Assembly: GCA_020696385.1 (NCBI GenBank)
Contig: JAEHCQ010000003.1
Span: 185,674-249,673, forward strand
DNA: 64,000 nucleotides
DNA from: Methanobacteriota archaeon
GTDB taxonomy: Archaea; Thermoplasmatota; Thermoplasmata; SG8-5; JAGLSY01
Direction: 5' to 3'
The notes under the pieces were generated by a model, which was not told the origin of the DNA, did no database searches, and saw nothing but the letters and a program-made list of their open reading frames with translations. A program made the position numbers and the translations under genes. Shown in pieces: positions 36,995 to 48,700 of this stretch (position 1 is the stretch's first letter; each line of letters begins with the position of its first letter).

Positions 36995-37046
36995 ACTGTG
37001 CTACATTGGGCAGAAGCATTGAAAAATAGATGGAGATATTGTACTT

Positions 37047-37982
37047 TCATTCTTTATCCATCTCGGCAACTGCTTCTTCAAGATCTAAGGAATTGATCTC
37101 ATATATCTCTCTTGGAGCCACGCCTTCCTTGCTGGCATAGCCTCTGGAAACTATCGCTTCAAGGCAATTCCTTGACATATTATCAGTCATTCCAAAGCTG
37201 AAGGATATGTCCGAAGCAGTCGTGTGCTTCATATCGTACAGGGCTATGAAGACCTTCTTGACCTTGTCCTTCATATCCGTGGATGCCAGTATTCGATCAA
37301 AATTGTAATTATCCATGGAGCTTCGAGTGGCATTCTCCTTCACCGAGATCACACCACTTCGAAAATCCTTGATGAGCAGATTGTTCACAAGGTCGAGATA
37401 ATAGGTTATTCGCTCTGTCTGGGTGTAAAGGCAGAGATGCAGAGTGAAGGGAACTACACCAGTAGTTCTCACGACCTGCCAGATATTCTCCAGGGTCATA
37501 AGCTCGGGGATGAAGATACGGTTCAGAGCATCCTGATCGTCCTTGAGCTTGGTCTTGATGGACATCGGATAATAGAAATTGGATATGAAGCCGCGGATCA
37601 TCACCTTGGATCTCTTGACGCCCTGGCTGAGATCCCATTTATTGAGTTTGAGGGAATCATAATAGAAGGTCTCCACGCCTCCCAGGCCGTGGCCAAGTAG
37701 CACGACCTTCTTGGTAGGCACATCATAGTCCCAATTCTGCTTCATATTGGGCTTGAAGAAATGAATTTCCAGTGTTTTTAATTCCTCGAACTCCAGGATG
37801 GATTCGAGAAGTGACAGGCGCTTCTTGCCATTTACCACCCATCTGAGCTCGGCCAGTGGTATCCGCTTAACAGCTCTGTGCTCGTAATATGCGGAATTCA
37901 ATTTCTTTACGGTGAATTGATCCACTTCGTCGTCCTTCTGGAACTTGATAATCTCCCCGATTACCCCTGTGACGTCTGCCAT
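37047..37982 (-). CDS. Hypothetical protein with a probable C-terminal winged helix
   Basis: 311 aa from ATG 37982 (GGTGTG RBS); C-terminal TASDISFSFGM...LEAIVSRG...YEI wHTH-like pattern. Confidence 0.65.
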   Translation of the reverse strand: MADVTGVIGEIIKFQKDDEVDQFTVKKLNSAYYEHRAVKRIPLAELRWVVNGKKRLSLLESILEFEELKTLEIHFFKPNMKQNWDYDVPTKKVVLLGHGLGGVETFYYDSLKLNKWDLSQGVKRSKVMIRGFISNFYYPMSIKTKLKDDQDALNRIFIPELMTLENIWQVVRTTGVVPFTLHLCLYTQTERITYYLDLVNNLLIKDFRSGVISVKENATRSSMDNYNFDRILASTDMKDKVKKVFIALYDMKHTTASDISFSFGMTDNMSRNCLEAIVSRGYASKEGVAPREIYEINSLDLEEAVAEMDKE

Positions 37983-38109
37983 CACACCGAGGAGATGGCA
38001 ATAGGATAAATATTTTATCACATAGAAGAGGAGATCGACAAGGGTATAACATATCATAATCCGAGGGCGAGTGTATTCATTAAATATTCGAGGTGGGGGC
38101 GGAGCCAGG

Positions 38110-38343
38110 AGGGAGAAAAAGCTAGTTGAAACTAAGCTTGAATACAATCAGAGGGCTGGCATAGAGGCGTTTCATGGCCATACAAAGCAACAGCTTAACA
38201 TATAGAGGCATCTGAATAAGAATGGGCTTAAGGGCGTTGAACAGCATGTTCTAATCGTTTACATATCGCTATTGTGTCTGGCCCTATGTAGGATTCAGAA
38301 TGGGGTTACAAGCGATCTGGTGAATGTGAAGTGCCTTGTTTAG
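38110..38343 (+). pseudogene. IS4/IS5-superfamily DDE transposase C-terminal remnant
   Basis: Manual translation ...EYNQRAGIEAFHGHTKQQLNI*RHLNKNGLKGVEQHVLIVYISLLCLALCRIQNG...; Y-x2-R-x3-E-x6-K (YREK) motif; in-frame TAG at 38203-38205. Confidence 0.75.
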
Positions 38344-38356
38344 GCACTTTTTTTCA

Positions 38357-38881
38357 TTAAGGAGATACATACTTATTCATGAAATAACAAAAAGATTCAT
38401 TATTTCGCTTTCCTGCCCGGATATTATAATTTTCTAAAATTTCCAATAGAAATGCTAATCTTGATTCATATTGTTTTGGAATTATTCTATTAAACTCTTC
38501 TTTTGTAATGGTGTTCGCATTAATTATACCCCTTATTCCCAATTTATTAATATCTTTCCCAGATAAACCTGCAAAATACCAGCCCTCGATTTCTTTTACA
38601 ACAATAATGATATTATCCTGTCTTACCCTAAACTTACGATGAATGTCATTTTTTTTCTTTGTTATACATGCTTTCTCATCTAAATCAGTAACGAAAATAT
38701 AATCGGCACCCATTTTATGAAAAGACTTAACATATCGTCTTATTTTTTCATTCCCAGTTTGTGCAGAGGTGTCAATGTTAATTGAACAATATACTGATGA
38801 AATTCTTGGTTTAATAATCTTTTCAAAAAAACGCTTATCATCAACACCTTCAATTAAAATGAATAATTTTCTTTTTTTCAT
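38357..38881 (-). CDS. TOPRIM-like protein (DUF4276/DUF4435-like) in an AT-rich island
   Basis: LFILIEGVDD and FVTDLD TOPRIM motifs; EIEGWY. Confidence 0.7.
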   Translation of the reverse strand: MKKRKLFILIEGVDDKRFFEKIIKPRISSVYCSINIDTSAQTGNEKIRRYVKSFHKMGADYIFVTDLDEKACITKKKNDIHRKFRVRQDNIIIVVKEIEGWYFAGLSGKDINKLGIRGIINANTITKEEFNRIIPKQYESRLAFLLEILENYNIRAGKRNNESFCYFMNKYVSP

Positions 38882-38889
38882 TTTCCCAC

Positions 38890-40206
38890 CTAGGTTAATA
38901 AATTTTGAATAAATAATTCTTCAATACCCAACTCATTTTCTAAAAAGACTTGTATTTCTTCATTATTTTTAGGTGCTGTCATTATTGAGTTACCTTTTTT
39001 ATTTCGTGATATGAATACTATATTTTCTTGTCCAGCATATTTTACTACTTCGGGATTGTGAGTACTAATTATCACCTGTTTGGTTTCAGAAACATCTTTC
39101 ATGAAATCAATAACCTTAGATACTAAAGCAGGGTGAACATTCCTCTCTGGCTCTTCAAGAATTATCAGTGAATTATTCTCGAAATACAATGCAATTATTA
39201 TTGCAGTTATGCTAATTGTGCCGTCAGATAATAATAAGGATGGAAGATATTGAGATTGATATATTTCTTTCACTTCTAACATAATAGATTTATCAAGCAG
39301 TGGTCTTGTTTTATATGAATCAATAAATGGCAAACAGTCTCGAATTAAAGAATAAAATTGTTTTTTGGTGTCTGGATTATTTAATACTCTTTTTAACACA
39401 ATTGGTAAGTTACTACCATCTGATTCAAGTGTGTTTCTCACGGAAATCGGTGTTGCTGTTTTTGATGCTTTACAATCAAAATCATATGAACTGATATTTT
39501 GAATTGTTGTAGCTATTGGGGGTAAAATTGATAACCCCAATTCTTGAGCTTTTTCTAATAAAAACAATTCAGTATGCTTTACCTTTACAAATTGCATGGG
39601 AAGTATAGGAAGTTGTGTGTGTTTCATGCTTTTTATAAAATGCTGAATTGCTCCTGTTTTAAAAGTCACTTTTCCTGACGGATCTCTGCTAAAAGTGATT
39701 GTGCTTCCTTTATGGAACTCGTCTTCTTTTATTTTTTGAGATTCTCCCACTGTTAATTTTGAAAGGTCTCCTTTGAATTTAATATCCTCATTGATAACTT
39801 TATATTTTCTTGATGAATTAAAGCTTATTTCAAATTTATATTTCAACTCTTTAAATGTCATCCCTAAACCTTCAAAACGCTCATTTTCTTTCAGTTGGTC
39901 ATCCGGTTTCATACTTAATACAAGACGTGGTTGAATATCAAAATCTATATTTAACTCAATGCTGAGGTTTTTATTTCCTTTAGTATTTATATTTTTGATA
40001 TATTCCGGACCACCATGTAGTTGAATTGCATTTTCTAATCCACTAAATGATATATCTTTTAAGAATTTGAAAATAGATAAAAAATTAGATTTTCCAGAAG
40101 CATTTGATCCTACAATAACATTGAATTGATCTAAGGAGATATTGAGATTATTAAATGTCTTATAATTTTTTACAATTAATTTATTTATTTTCATATTCTC
40201 CTCCAT
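38890..40206 (-). CDS. ABC-type ATPase (AAA_15/AAA_21-like) in an AT-rich island
   Basis: VKNYKTF, GSNASGKSN, LSDGT, ILEEPERNVHP, STHN. Confidence 0.88.
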   Translation of the reverse strand: MEENMKINKLIVKNYKTFNNLNISLDQFNVIVGSNASGKSNFLSIFKFLKDISFSGLENAIQLHGGPEYIKNINTKGNKNLSIELNIDFDIQPRLVLSMKPDDQLKENERFEGLGMTFKELKYKFEISFNSSRKYKVINEDIKFKGDLSKLTVGESQKIKEDEFHKGSTITFSRDPSGKVTFKTGAIQHFIKSMKHTQLPILPMQFVKVKHTELFLLEKAQELGLSILPPIATTIQNISSYDFDCKASKTATPISVRNTLESDGSNLPIVLKRVLNNPDTKKQFYSLIRDCLPFIDSYKTRPLLDKSIMLEVKEIYQSQYLPSLLLSDGTISITAIIIALYFENNSLIILEEPERNVHPALVSKVIDFMKDVSETKQVIISTHNPEVVKYAGQENIVFISRNKKGNSIMTAPKNNEEIQVFLENELGIEELFIQNLLT

Positions 40207-40284
40207 AACCGGAAAGAAGACAAAACTTAATAAATCTATCTAATGGTATTAACGGTATCTCTATTTCATAATCTATTTATAGTC

Positions 40285-40389
40285 TACCAATTAGCTTTTA
40301 CCAATTAGTAACCCTCACCAATACAAAAACCCATACCAATGAGTTTAAATATTACACAAAATCGTGTACCAATCTCCTTTTAAACCCTT
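40285..40389 (+). promoter_or_regulatory. Promoter module with TACCAATTAG palindromes, copy 2
   Basis: Ungapped homology to 30212-30302; ends in TTTTAAA. Confidence 0.65.
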
Positions 40390-40417
40390 ACTGGCATAAT
40401 TTCTTATCGGTGATGAT

Positions 40418-40510
40418 GTGAAAGACGCCTGGAGAAAGAAAAAAGAGAAGGATATGATCGAGAAAGTGAGACGGAAGTTTTCAGCACGTTTCTTCGGTCA
40501 CGTATTCTAA
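40418..40510 (+). CDS. Putative 30-aa basic peptide
   Basis: GGTGA RBS, GTG start, MKDAWRKKKEKDMIEKVRRKFSARFFGHVF*; the next gene's RBS follows immediately. Confidence 0.45.
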   Translation: MKDAWRKKKEKDMIEKVRRKFSARFFGHVF

Positions 40511-40523
40511 TGGTGATGATATT

Positions 40524-40865
40524 ATGGATAATGATAAAACTAACAAAATCATGGCATTGATAATAGTGATCGGACTAGCAGGACTTCTCCTCGCTCTGCC
40601 AGTTTACCCATGCACATATTACGATGCGGAAGACAGGGCGGGATATGGATACCATTCACTGATCGACATAATGATGAATGGCGTGGAATGGGAAGTTCCG
40701 GAGCTTCAGAACAGTTTCTCCGGTTATACTGGAGATGGACCGTACATGGTGAGTCCAGCGAGCTGGATCATGTTATTGTACATCCCGATATTCGCATTGA
40801 TCGGATTATTGGGCATCGAGGTATCTAAGAGTGGATGGCGAAGCCTGATCCCATCAAAGGCCTGA
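40524..40865 (+). CDS. Hypothetical 2-TM membrane protein
   Basis: GGTGA RBS; two hydrophobic helices. Confidence 0.65.
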   Translation: MDNDKTNKIMALIIVIGLAGLLLALPVYPCTYYDAEDRAGYGYHSLIDIMMNGVEWEVPELQNSFSGYTGDGPYMVSPASWIMLLYIPIFALIGLLGIEVSKSGWRSLIPSKA

Positions 40866-40939
40866 TGGTCTGATAGTATGATGGTATGATGGCCCCATCC
40901 GATATCTTGCAAAATATTATGCAGATGAATTGATATCCC

Positions 40940-42121
40940 ATGTCCTCGAGGGAATTTATCATGAAGGAATTCACAGACCACGCGAATCGACTAACTGGCC
41001 AGGCCGCATTCAATGTGCTGGCCAGGGCGCAGGAATTGGAAAGACAGGGTGAGAACATCCTGCATTTTGAGATCGGGGAGCCTGATTTTGACACGCCAGC
41101 TCACATCGGCCAGGCCGCGAAGGATGCCCTGGACGGTGGCTTCACGCATTATGTGAACTCGGCTGGTATTATCGAGCTGAGAGAGGCAATATGCGACGAG
41201 TTCGAGAGGACAAAGGGTTACAGGCCAGATACTGATCAGATCGTCGTGACCAGTGGCGCGAATCCAATTATTTACTATGCCATGGCCACCCTTGTAGGAA
41301 CTGGTGGAAAGATGATCGTCCAGGATCCGGGATTCTTATCATATTATTCAGCCATCAAATACTTCAATATCGATGCCCAACGGGTACAACTTCATGAAGA
41401 GAATGAGTTCAGAATGAATCCAGATGATATCAGGGCGCAGATAACCCCTGATACTCGATTGATACTCATGAACTCGCCCTCCAACCCCACTGGCGGTGTG
41501 ATGACCAAGTCCGAGATAGAGGAAGTGGCAGACATCGCGGAAGAGCATGATATTTACCTCCTTTCAGATGAAATATATGGTAAAATGCTGTATGATCGGG
41601 AGCATTACAGTCCATCTGTGAAGGATGAGTGCAAAGAGAGGACGATCATACTGGATGGTTTCTCCAAAGCATATGCGATGACCGGCTGGAGGCTGGGATT
41701 TTGTGTTGCTCCGAAGGATGTGGCTCGTAAGATCGGATTACTTCACCAAACCATCGATTCCTGCACCAATGGCTTTGTCCAGATGGGCGGGGTCGCCGCA
41801 CTCAATGGCCCCCAGGATTCTATCGCGACCATGATGGCCGAGTTCACCAAGCGCCGGGATGCGATCGTGAAAGGTCTGAACAGTATCAGCAAGATAAGAT
41901 GCGTGAACCCCCATGGTGCTTTCTACGCTTTCCCGAACATTACGGAAACTGGCATGACAAGCGATGAGTTCGCTGACTATGCCCTTGATAAATTGGGCAT
42001 AGCTTTGCTGTCTGGAACTGCCTTTGGGCCAGGTGGAGAAGGATATGTCAGATTGTCTTATGCGAAATCACTGGATACCATAAACAGTGCCATCGAGAGG
42101 CTGAAGCAGGCACTGGATTGA
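40940..42121 (+). CDS. Class I/II PLP aminotransferase (aspartate aminotransferase-like)
   Basis: IGEPDF, NSPSNPTG, SDEIY, GFSKAYAMTGWRLG, GAFY, VRLSYA. Confidence 0.93.
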   Translation: MSSREFIMKEFTDHANRLTGQAAFNVLARAQELERQGENILHFEIGEPDFDTPAHIGQAAKDALDGGFTHYVNSAGIIELREAICDEFERTKGYRPDTDQIVVTSGANPIIYYAMATLVGTGGKMIVQDPGFLSYYSAIKYFNIDAQRVQLHEENEFRMNPDDIRAQITPDTRLILMNSPSNPTGGVMTKSEIEEVADIAEEHDIYLLSDEIYGKMLYDREHYSPSVKDECKERTIILDGFSKAYAMTGWRLGFCVAPKDVARKIGLLHQTIDSCTNGFVQMGGVAALNGPQDSIATMMAEFTKRRDAIVKGLNSISKIRCVNPHGAFYAFPNITETGMTSDEFADYALDKLGIALLSGTAFGPGGEGYVRLSYAKSLDTINSAIERLKQALD

Positions 42122-42171
42122 ATGGAAAAATAAATTGATCAAATGGAAATATATCTGGTAAAAAAAGGATG

Positions 42172-42210
42172 ACTCAGGCTCAATCAAAGAGCCTGAGTTT
42201 CTTTTTTTCT
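42172..42210. terminator. Bidirectional hairpin terminator
   Basis: actcaggctc...gagcctgagt flanked by A and T tracts between convergent genes. Confidence 0.65.
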
Positions 42211-42217
42211 CATCCAA

Positions 42218-43927
42218 TTATTTCTTTTTTGCCTTGGCCTTCTTTTTAGCGGCTGGCTTCTTCTTACCGGGCTTGGCTTTTTTTGACGAGGTGGCCTTCT
42301 TGCCCCCCTCATCTTTGGTCTTCGAATACTTCACCGCGGCAAATACAAGCCCCAGATGTGTTTTTGAGGGGTTTGCAGGTCGTGATTTGAATTCAGGGTG
42401 GAACTGTGTGGCCAGATAATATGGATGACCCTTTAGTTCTGCAACTTCCATCCTTCTACCATCCGGAGATGCCCCTGTGAATTTAAGGCCAGCTTTTTCG
42501 ATAGCCTTGATATATTCATGGTTCACCTCATACCTGTGCCTGTGTCTTTCCGAGATCTTCAGTTTCTTGTAGAGGTCATGAGCCATGGAATTCTTTTTCA
42601 ATATTATGGGATTGGCACCCAGTCTCATTGTGGCTCCCATGTCCTTTATCTTCCGCTGCTCGGGAAGAAGATCAATAACAGGATATTTGGTGTGCTCGTC
42701 GAACTCGGAGCTATTGGCCCCTTCATAGTCCAATACATTCCTGGCGAACTCTATAACAGCCAGCTGGAATCCAAGGCATACGCCCAAGAAAGGTATGCCA
42801 TTCTCTCTGGCATAGGTGGCTGACATCATCTTTCCGCCAGTTCCACGCTCTCCGAATCCACCAGGTATCAGAACACCATCGATCCCACTCAGATACTTGT
42901 CCGCGCCCTTCTTCTCAATGTCCGTGGCTTCCACCCATCTTACCTTCACACGGGTCTTTGAATCAGAACCCGCATGGTTCAGAGCTTCCAGATGGCTCAT
43001 ATACGAATCATGAAGATGTGTATACTTGCCCACGATAGCGATCTCCACCTCATGTTTTGGATTGTCAAGATTGTAAACGAATTTATCCCATTTTTTGCTG
43101 TTGATGACAGGCGCGTAGATATTGAACCTTCCAAGGATATAATCAGTAAGTCCCTGTTTCTCCAGTATCTCCGGCACATAGTAAATGGATTCAGCATCCG
43201 GCGCACTGACAACAGCTTCCATCGGAACATCACAGAATAAGGATATCTTCTTCCTGATATCCTTCTCCAGAGGCTTCGTACCCCTGGCCACCAGAATGTC
43301 TGGTTGAATGCCTATCGCCCTTAATTCCTTGACAGAATGCTGGGTCGGCTTGGTCTTCTGCTCTCCAACAACACCCATGATCGGAACCAATGTGGTATGG
43401 ATGAAAAGGCAATCATCTGAATAGGTCTCCATGTGCAGCTGGCGAACGGCTTCCATGAAAGGCATGGACTCGATATCTCCCACAGTCCCTCCAAGTTCGA
43501 CCAATGTCACATCAGCCTTCGAGGCCTTTGCCACTCTTTTGATCTGTTCCTTTATCTCATTGGTCACATGTGGAATTATCTGGACCGTATTACCCAGATA
43601 ATCACCTCGCCTTTCCTTTTCAATTACCTTGAGATAGGCCTTGCCAGTGGTGATATTATTCTCCCTGGTCAAGTTTACATCCAGGAATCGTTCATAATTA
43701 CCGAGATCAAGGTCAACCTCTCCCCCATCATCCATCACATAGACCTCTCCATGCTGGTATGGGTTCATTGTTCCCGCGTCGCAATTGAGATATGGATCTA
43801 TCTTAATTGCCGTGACCTTCAATCCTCTGGATCTTAAATTACGACCTATAGAAGAAGCGGTTATTCCTTTTCCGAGGCCCGAAAGCACCCCGCCCGTGAC
43901 GAAAATATACTTGGTTTTTTTACTCAT
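42218..43927 (-). CDS. pyrG: CTP synthase
   Basis: [50 protein letters not shown]; Lys-rich tail. Confidence 0.97.
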   Translation of the reverse strand: MSKKTKYIFVTGGVLSGLGKGITASSIGRNLRSRGLKVTAIKIDPYLNCDAGTMNPYQHGEVYVMDDGGEVDLDLGNYERFLDVNLTRENNITTGKAYLKVIEKERRGDYLGNTVQIIPHVTNEIKEQIKRVAKASKADVTLVELGGTVGDIESMPFMEAVRQLHMETYSDDCLFIHTTLVPIMGVVGEQKTKPTQHSVKELRAIGIQPDILVARGTKPLEKDIRKKISLFCDVPMEAVVSAPDAESIYYVPEILEKQGLTDYILGRFNIYAPVINSKKWDKFVYNLDNPKHEVEIAIVGKYTHLHDSYMSHLEALNHAGSDSKTRVKVRWVEATDIEKKGADKYLSGIDGVLIPGGFGERGTGGKMMSATYARENGIPFLGVCLGFQLAVIEFARNVLDYEGANSSEFDEHTKYPVIDLLPEQRKIKDMGATMRLGANPIILKKNSMAHDLYKKLKISERHRHRYEVNHEYIKAIEKAGLKFTGASPDGRRMEVAELKGHPYYLATQFHPEFKSRPANPSKTHLGLVFAAVKYSKTKDEGGKKATSSKKAKPGKKKPAAKKKAKAKKK

Positions 43928-43992
43928 TATTTCACGGGAGCAGAGGATATAGATTAATGTGTTTAAAGGTTTTGATTGACTGCTATGAATGT

Positions 43993-44169
43993 TTACTTCT
44001 TAACCCTCATTCCAAGGAATATGGAACCGAGAATTATCATGCCGGTGGCAACAGCTGCCACCCCCATGCCAGTTGATCCTCCAATTACAAAACTCTCCAC
44101 TCCGCCTACGATCCCCACACCATAAAATATGTATCCTAGCACTTTTGTTGTATTTATCTTGACGTTCAT
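43993..44169 (-). CDS. Small 2-TM membrane protein
   Basis: GGTGA RBS before ATG 44169; two hydrophobic helices. Confidence 0.55.
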   Translation of the reverse strand: MNVKINTTKVLGYIFYGVGIVGGVESFVIGGSTGMGVAAVATGMIILGSIFLGMRVKK

Positions 44170-44328
44170 ATCTTCACCATTGTTTGATATGCTATACATA
44201 GCTTTTATGGTTTCTATCATAAGTAGCATAATGATGATTTTTGGGGATTGTTATTTATCACCCGTTGTAATTATCCCCCCTATCGACTCATATAGAGTAA
44301 CTGATTCAATAGGATGGAGAGATTCAAA

Positions 44329-45594
44329 ATGGACCAATCAAGTTTCAAGGGATTTTACAAGAAGAGCATAGACGAGAGACTGGACATATTGCAAGCTGCA
44401 ACTAGCCTGAGTGATGAGGAAATTAACATTCTCAAGAACACAGGAGGCCTCACGCCAGACCAGGCAGACCGCATGATAGAGAATGTGGTCGGGGTAATGC
44501 CGGTCACTCTGGGAATAGCAACCAATTTTGTCATCAATGGTACGGAGAAGCTGGTTCCGATGGCAATTGAAGAGCCATCGGTGGTAGCTGCCGCCTCCAA
44601 TGCCGCCAGAATGTCCAAACCAGCTGGCGGGTTCAGAACAAAGACCACTGATCCGATCATGATAGGTCAGATACAACTTACTGGCGTAGATGATCCAGAA
44701 GCCGCGAAGGCTGCCATTGAAGAGAACAAGGCCAGCCTTATAGCGATCGGCAATGGCAAGGATCCGATGCTGGTCAAGCTGGGTGGCGGGGCTCGCGATA
44801 TCGAGGTCCGAATAATTGATACGATAAAGGGCAAGATGGTCATTTCTCATCTTCTCGTGAACTGCCTGGACGCCATGGGGGCTAATGCAGTTAACACCAT
44901 GGCGGAGGCTATCGCCCCGGAGATCGAGAAGCTCACCGGAGGAAAGGTGTATCTCAGGATCCTTTCCAATCTGGCAATTTACAGACTGGCCTTTGCCGAG
45001 GCTACCTGGACAAAGGAAGTTCTGGGAGGCGAGGAGATCGTCGATGGTGTCATCGAAGCCTATGCTTTCGCAGAAGCAGACCCGTTCAGATGCGCGACCC
45101 ACAATAAGGGCATAATGAACGGTATCGACGCAGTCATCCTGGCCACAGGAAATGATTTCAGGGCGATAGAAGCTGGCGCACATGCTTATGCATCCTGGAA
45201 GCATGGCGGATACAAGCCACTTACAAGTTATGAGAAAAATGAGAACGGCGATCTCGTAGGCAGAATAGAAATTCCAATGGCCGTCGGTCTTATCGGAGGA
45301 GCCACTGCCGTCCACCCTACTGCGAAAATCGCAGTCAAGATACTTGATATCAAGAGCGCGTCCGAGCTGGCACAGGTAGTTGCAGCTGTCGGACTTGCCC
45401 AGAACTTTGCGGCAATGAGAGCACTGGCAACCGAGGGTATACAGAGAGGTCACATGGGCCTTCATGCCCGTAATATCGCGGTCATGGCAGGCGCAAATGA
45501 CGACATGATAGACAAGGTGGTCGCAGTCCTCGTAGCGGAAAAGAATGTCAGGATAGACAGGGCGAAAGAAGTTCTGGAAGAGTTGAACAAATAA
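44329..45594 (+). CDS. mvaA: Hydroxymethylglutaryl-CoA reductase, class II
   Basis: MIENVVG, AIEEPSVVAAAS, DAMGAN, ATHNKGIMNG, GIQRGHM. Confidence 0.93.
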   Translation: MDQSSFKGFYKKSIDERLDILQAATSLSDEEINILKNTGGLTPDQADRMIENVVGVMPVTLGIATNFVINGTEKLVPMAIEEPSVVAAASNAARMSKPAGGFRTKTTDPIMIGQIQLTGVDDPEAAKAAIEENKASLIAIGNGKDPMLVKLGGGARDIEVRIIDTIKGKMVISHLLVNCLDAMGANAVNTMAEAIAPEIEKLTGGKVYLRILSNLAIYRLAFAEATWTKEVLGGEEIVDGVIEAYAFAEADPFRCATHNKGIMNGIDAVILATGNDFRAIEAGAHAYASWKHGGYKPLTSYEKNENGDLVGRIEIPMAVGLIGGATAVHPTAKIAVKILDIKSASELAQVVAAVGLAQNFAAMRALATEGIQRGHMGLHARNIAVMAGANDDMIDKVVAVLVAEKNVRIDRAKEVLEELNK

Positions 45595-45774
45595 AAATTG
45601 CCAAATCCCGACCTCAGAGTGAAAAAGGCTAGGCTTTATGTCTAGCCATACCTCTTTTTTTATTTTTATCTAATATATAGTAAATTAACCATTATTATTA
45701 TATACGAAAAGGACTTTCGCCACTCTCAGCCCCTCAATTTAAGGGGATTTGAACATAAATGGATAAGTGATAAA

Positions 45775-48700
45775 ATGCTAAGCGGTAAAGCAGGAAAAAC
45801 AATGGCCTTTATGATGGCCTTTGCGATGGTAGCTACAGTGATTGCTGTGTTCCCAGTCAACGATGTGTCTGGAGCAACAATCTACACGATCACTGGTATA
45901 GTGAGGGATGATGTAACAGGTGAACCAATAGTTGGCGTAGATGTTGCAATCACAAACTCATTTGGCGTATCCAAGGCAGATCTAACAGATGCCACTGGAA
46001 CTTTCGTGATTTATGTGGGCGATAATACTAATGACTTTAACATATATTTCAATATGACGGGATACACAGATGAGGCTTATGAGCCAGGTATCACGTTTGC
46101 TGATTTCAATACAACAACTGATACAGCAGTATATGACGAACTTCTTGTTCCACTTTCAAAGGTTGGCGGAACAATAATGATCAAGGGAACATACCTCCCA
46201 TTGTACGAGGTACAGGTGACCATCACAGACTCGATGGAAACATATGATCCGATCATGACCGGAACAGATGGTAAATTCTCACAATATGTGAACGATGGCG
46301 ACGTCGATATCACATATGAGAGAAATGGATATTACTTCTATGAGAACTCCGTCACAGTGACAGAGAACACAGATATCGAAGTATCCATGGAAAAGATCGT
46401 ACCTGAACCAACAATTGAGATCAGAGGATCTATCTCCGACGTGGATGGAAACGCCATTGCAGGTGCAAAGGTCTCTATCTCATCTGGAGATGACAAGTGG
46501 ATATCAACCAAGACAACCGATGTAGGTTATTATTCAATGATGGCTTACCCAGGTTCATTCCAGATCAAAGCAGAGAAGGAAGGATTTGAGACCAACATAA
46601 ACGCAGATGACAATATGTTGGTAGTTCCTTCAGATGCAGAAGCGGTCTGGAGAGCCATAGAGATGGTAACCATCCCAACACCAGAGTACACAGTGACTGG
46701 AACAGTAACTGATGGAACAAACCCAATTGTGGGCGCAACAGTGACATTAGTAAGGACCGATGGAAAATACGAGACCAGCACAGACACAGATGGTGTCGGT
46801 GACTTCGATTTCCTATACAATGGAACCTTCAGTGTTGTAGTTGAAATGGACGATTATTTCACTCAAGTTCTCGGATGGAACATAGACAACACCAATGATA
46901 CAGATGTGATCCCAGATATTGAACTTACAGCAATAAACAATGTCCTGGTCATCTCAGGTTTCATAGGTGATGAAGAAACACAGAAAGCGATCGAAGGAGC
47001 AGATGTAACACTATATGACAATGATCACATATACACACTCTCTGAGTCATCCAGCGACAACGGATACTATGAGTTCAATGTGCACAACTTTGCCAACTTC
47101 ACAATGGTCGTTGATGCAGATGGATACCAGTCCGAGATATTCGAGATAATGAACATACAGGACAGCATGTCCAAAGCAGTGTGGTTAAAGCAATCACCAA
47201 AGGACACGATCACAACAGAATACACATTTGTTGACTGGACCGATATCAGTGTCGTTGAGACAACAACATTGATCGTGGACAATATCAGCAAGAGGGTGGA
47301 GATCGACCGTATGTACGGCCGTGGCCTGCTTGGTCTAGGTCTCAATAATTGGGACATATCTACAGCAGAAGTTGATGATTGGGCAGAATACCTCAAATAC
47401 AAGGGATTGGAGAACAAGGATACCGCTCAGTTCTTGACCCTTGATGATGTTCACTATGAGCTAAGCGATGCAGTTGAGTTCATTGTGACTGTCGAGGAAG
47501 CCCTGGGATCTGTAATAACATCTTCTAATATGATTAACATAACCAAGACATATAACTACACAATATCAGACGAGACACTTCTTGGTGATGACAGCGTGGG
47601 TCACACACTGTTCTTCGGTGCAAACTATGACACCGACATAGTGGACATGAACTATGAGATCTACTTACCAGCAGGCTTTGAAATGACCTCAAGCCTAACA
47701 GAGACAACCAGTGTCATGATCACAGGATACAATGATCCAATCATGATCGACACAGAAGAATCCCCTGACCTTCTCGAGGAGATTACAATGACCCTTGAGG
47801 CATCCGAAGCAGGAAATGCAGTAGCATTTGTTTCAAATGGTCTGTTCTATGAACTGAACACAAGCGCAGAGGGATATGATGTCATAGTTAGCGCACCACA
47901 GGATGGCGTTAACACAGAGTTAGTCTTCAGTGCTGAGAGCTCGACAGATCCAATAGGTGACATAACCGCAGCCAACTTCACATGGGATTTCATAGACGAT
48001 GGTAACCTCAGCTATGGTATGACCACGAAATACAACTACACCACAGCAGGAAACTATGTTGTACCACTCGAGATCACAGAGACCGGTGGAGATGTTACAA
48101 CCATTGACTTCGATGTCAAGGTAGATGGAAGGGTTCCAATATCCAATATCGGAATCGACACAACCGTTGACAATGTAACTCTTTCTGGCACAACTCTCAC
48201 AGTGAACCAGGGAATCACCATCACCTTTGATGGTCTGGCATCATACGATGATGTTGCAGCCGCAGGGGACAAGCTCGGTGTAATAGAGAGCTGGTTCTGG
48301 GTATGGGGCGACGACAGCACAAATGAGACAATAACCATGGCTGGAGACAACTTCATAAACAAGACATACAGCACACCAGGCCAGTACACCCTCGAGATGA
48401 CCACCACAGATGTAGTAGGTCACGAGAGTGTTGCGAAGGAGCTCACTGTCATAGTGAAGGACACAGCTGCACCACTGATCATGAACATTCTGATGTACGA
48501 TGAGAACATGGTGGAGATCAACGACGCAGTCCAAGACATGAAGGTCTATCTTAGCGCAAATGACACAACAGATGCAGACGACTTCGAGGATCTCGTATTC
48601 TCTTGGGACTTTGACAATGATGGTGTCGATGACGCAAATGGATCATGGATCAGCACAACCTTCAGCGACATCGGCGATGTCAATGTCACCCTTACAGCAA

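Noticed and set aside
37983-38147. N-terminal extension of the ORF-track call 37047..38147
   Set aside because: Runs through promoter-like sequence and the transposase remnant; the RBS supports ATG 37982.
44338-45465. 375-aa antisense ORF
   Set aside because: Lies wholly opposite the HMG-CoA reductase in codon register, has no motifs, and is explained as a shadow of codon bias.
44329-45594. Class II HMG-CoA reductase in an archaeon as a novelty
   Set aside because: Already known in Thermoplasmata and Archaeoglobus.
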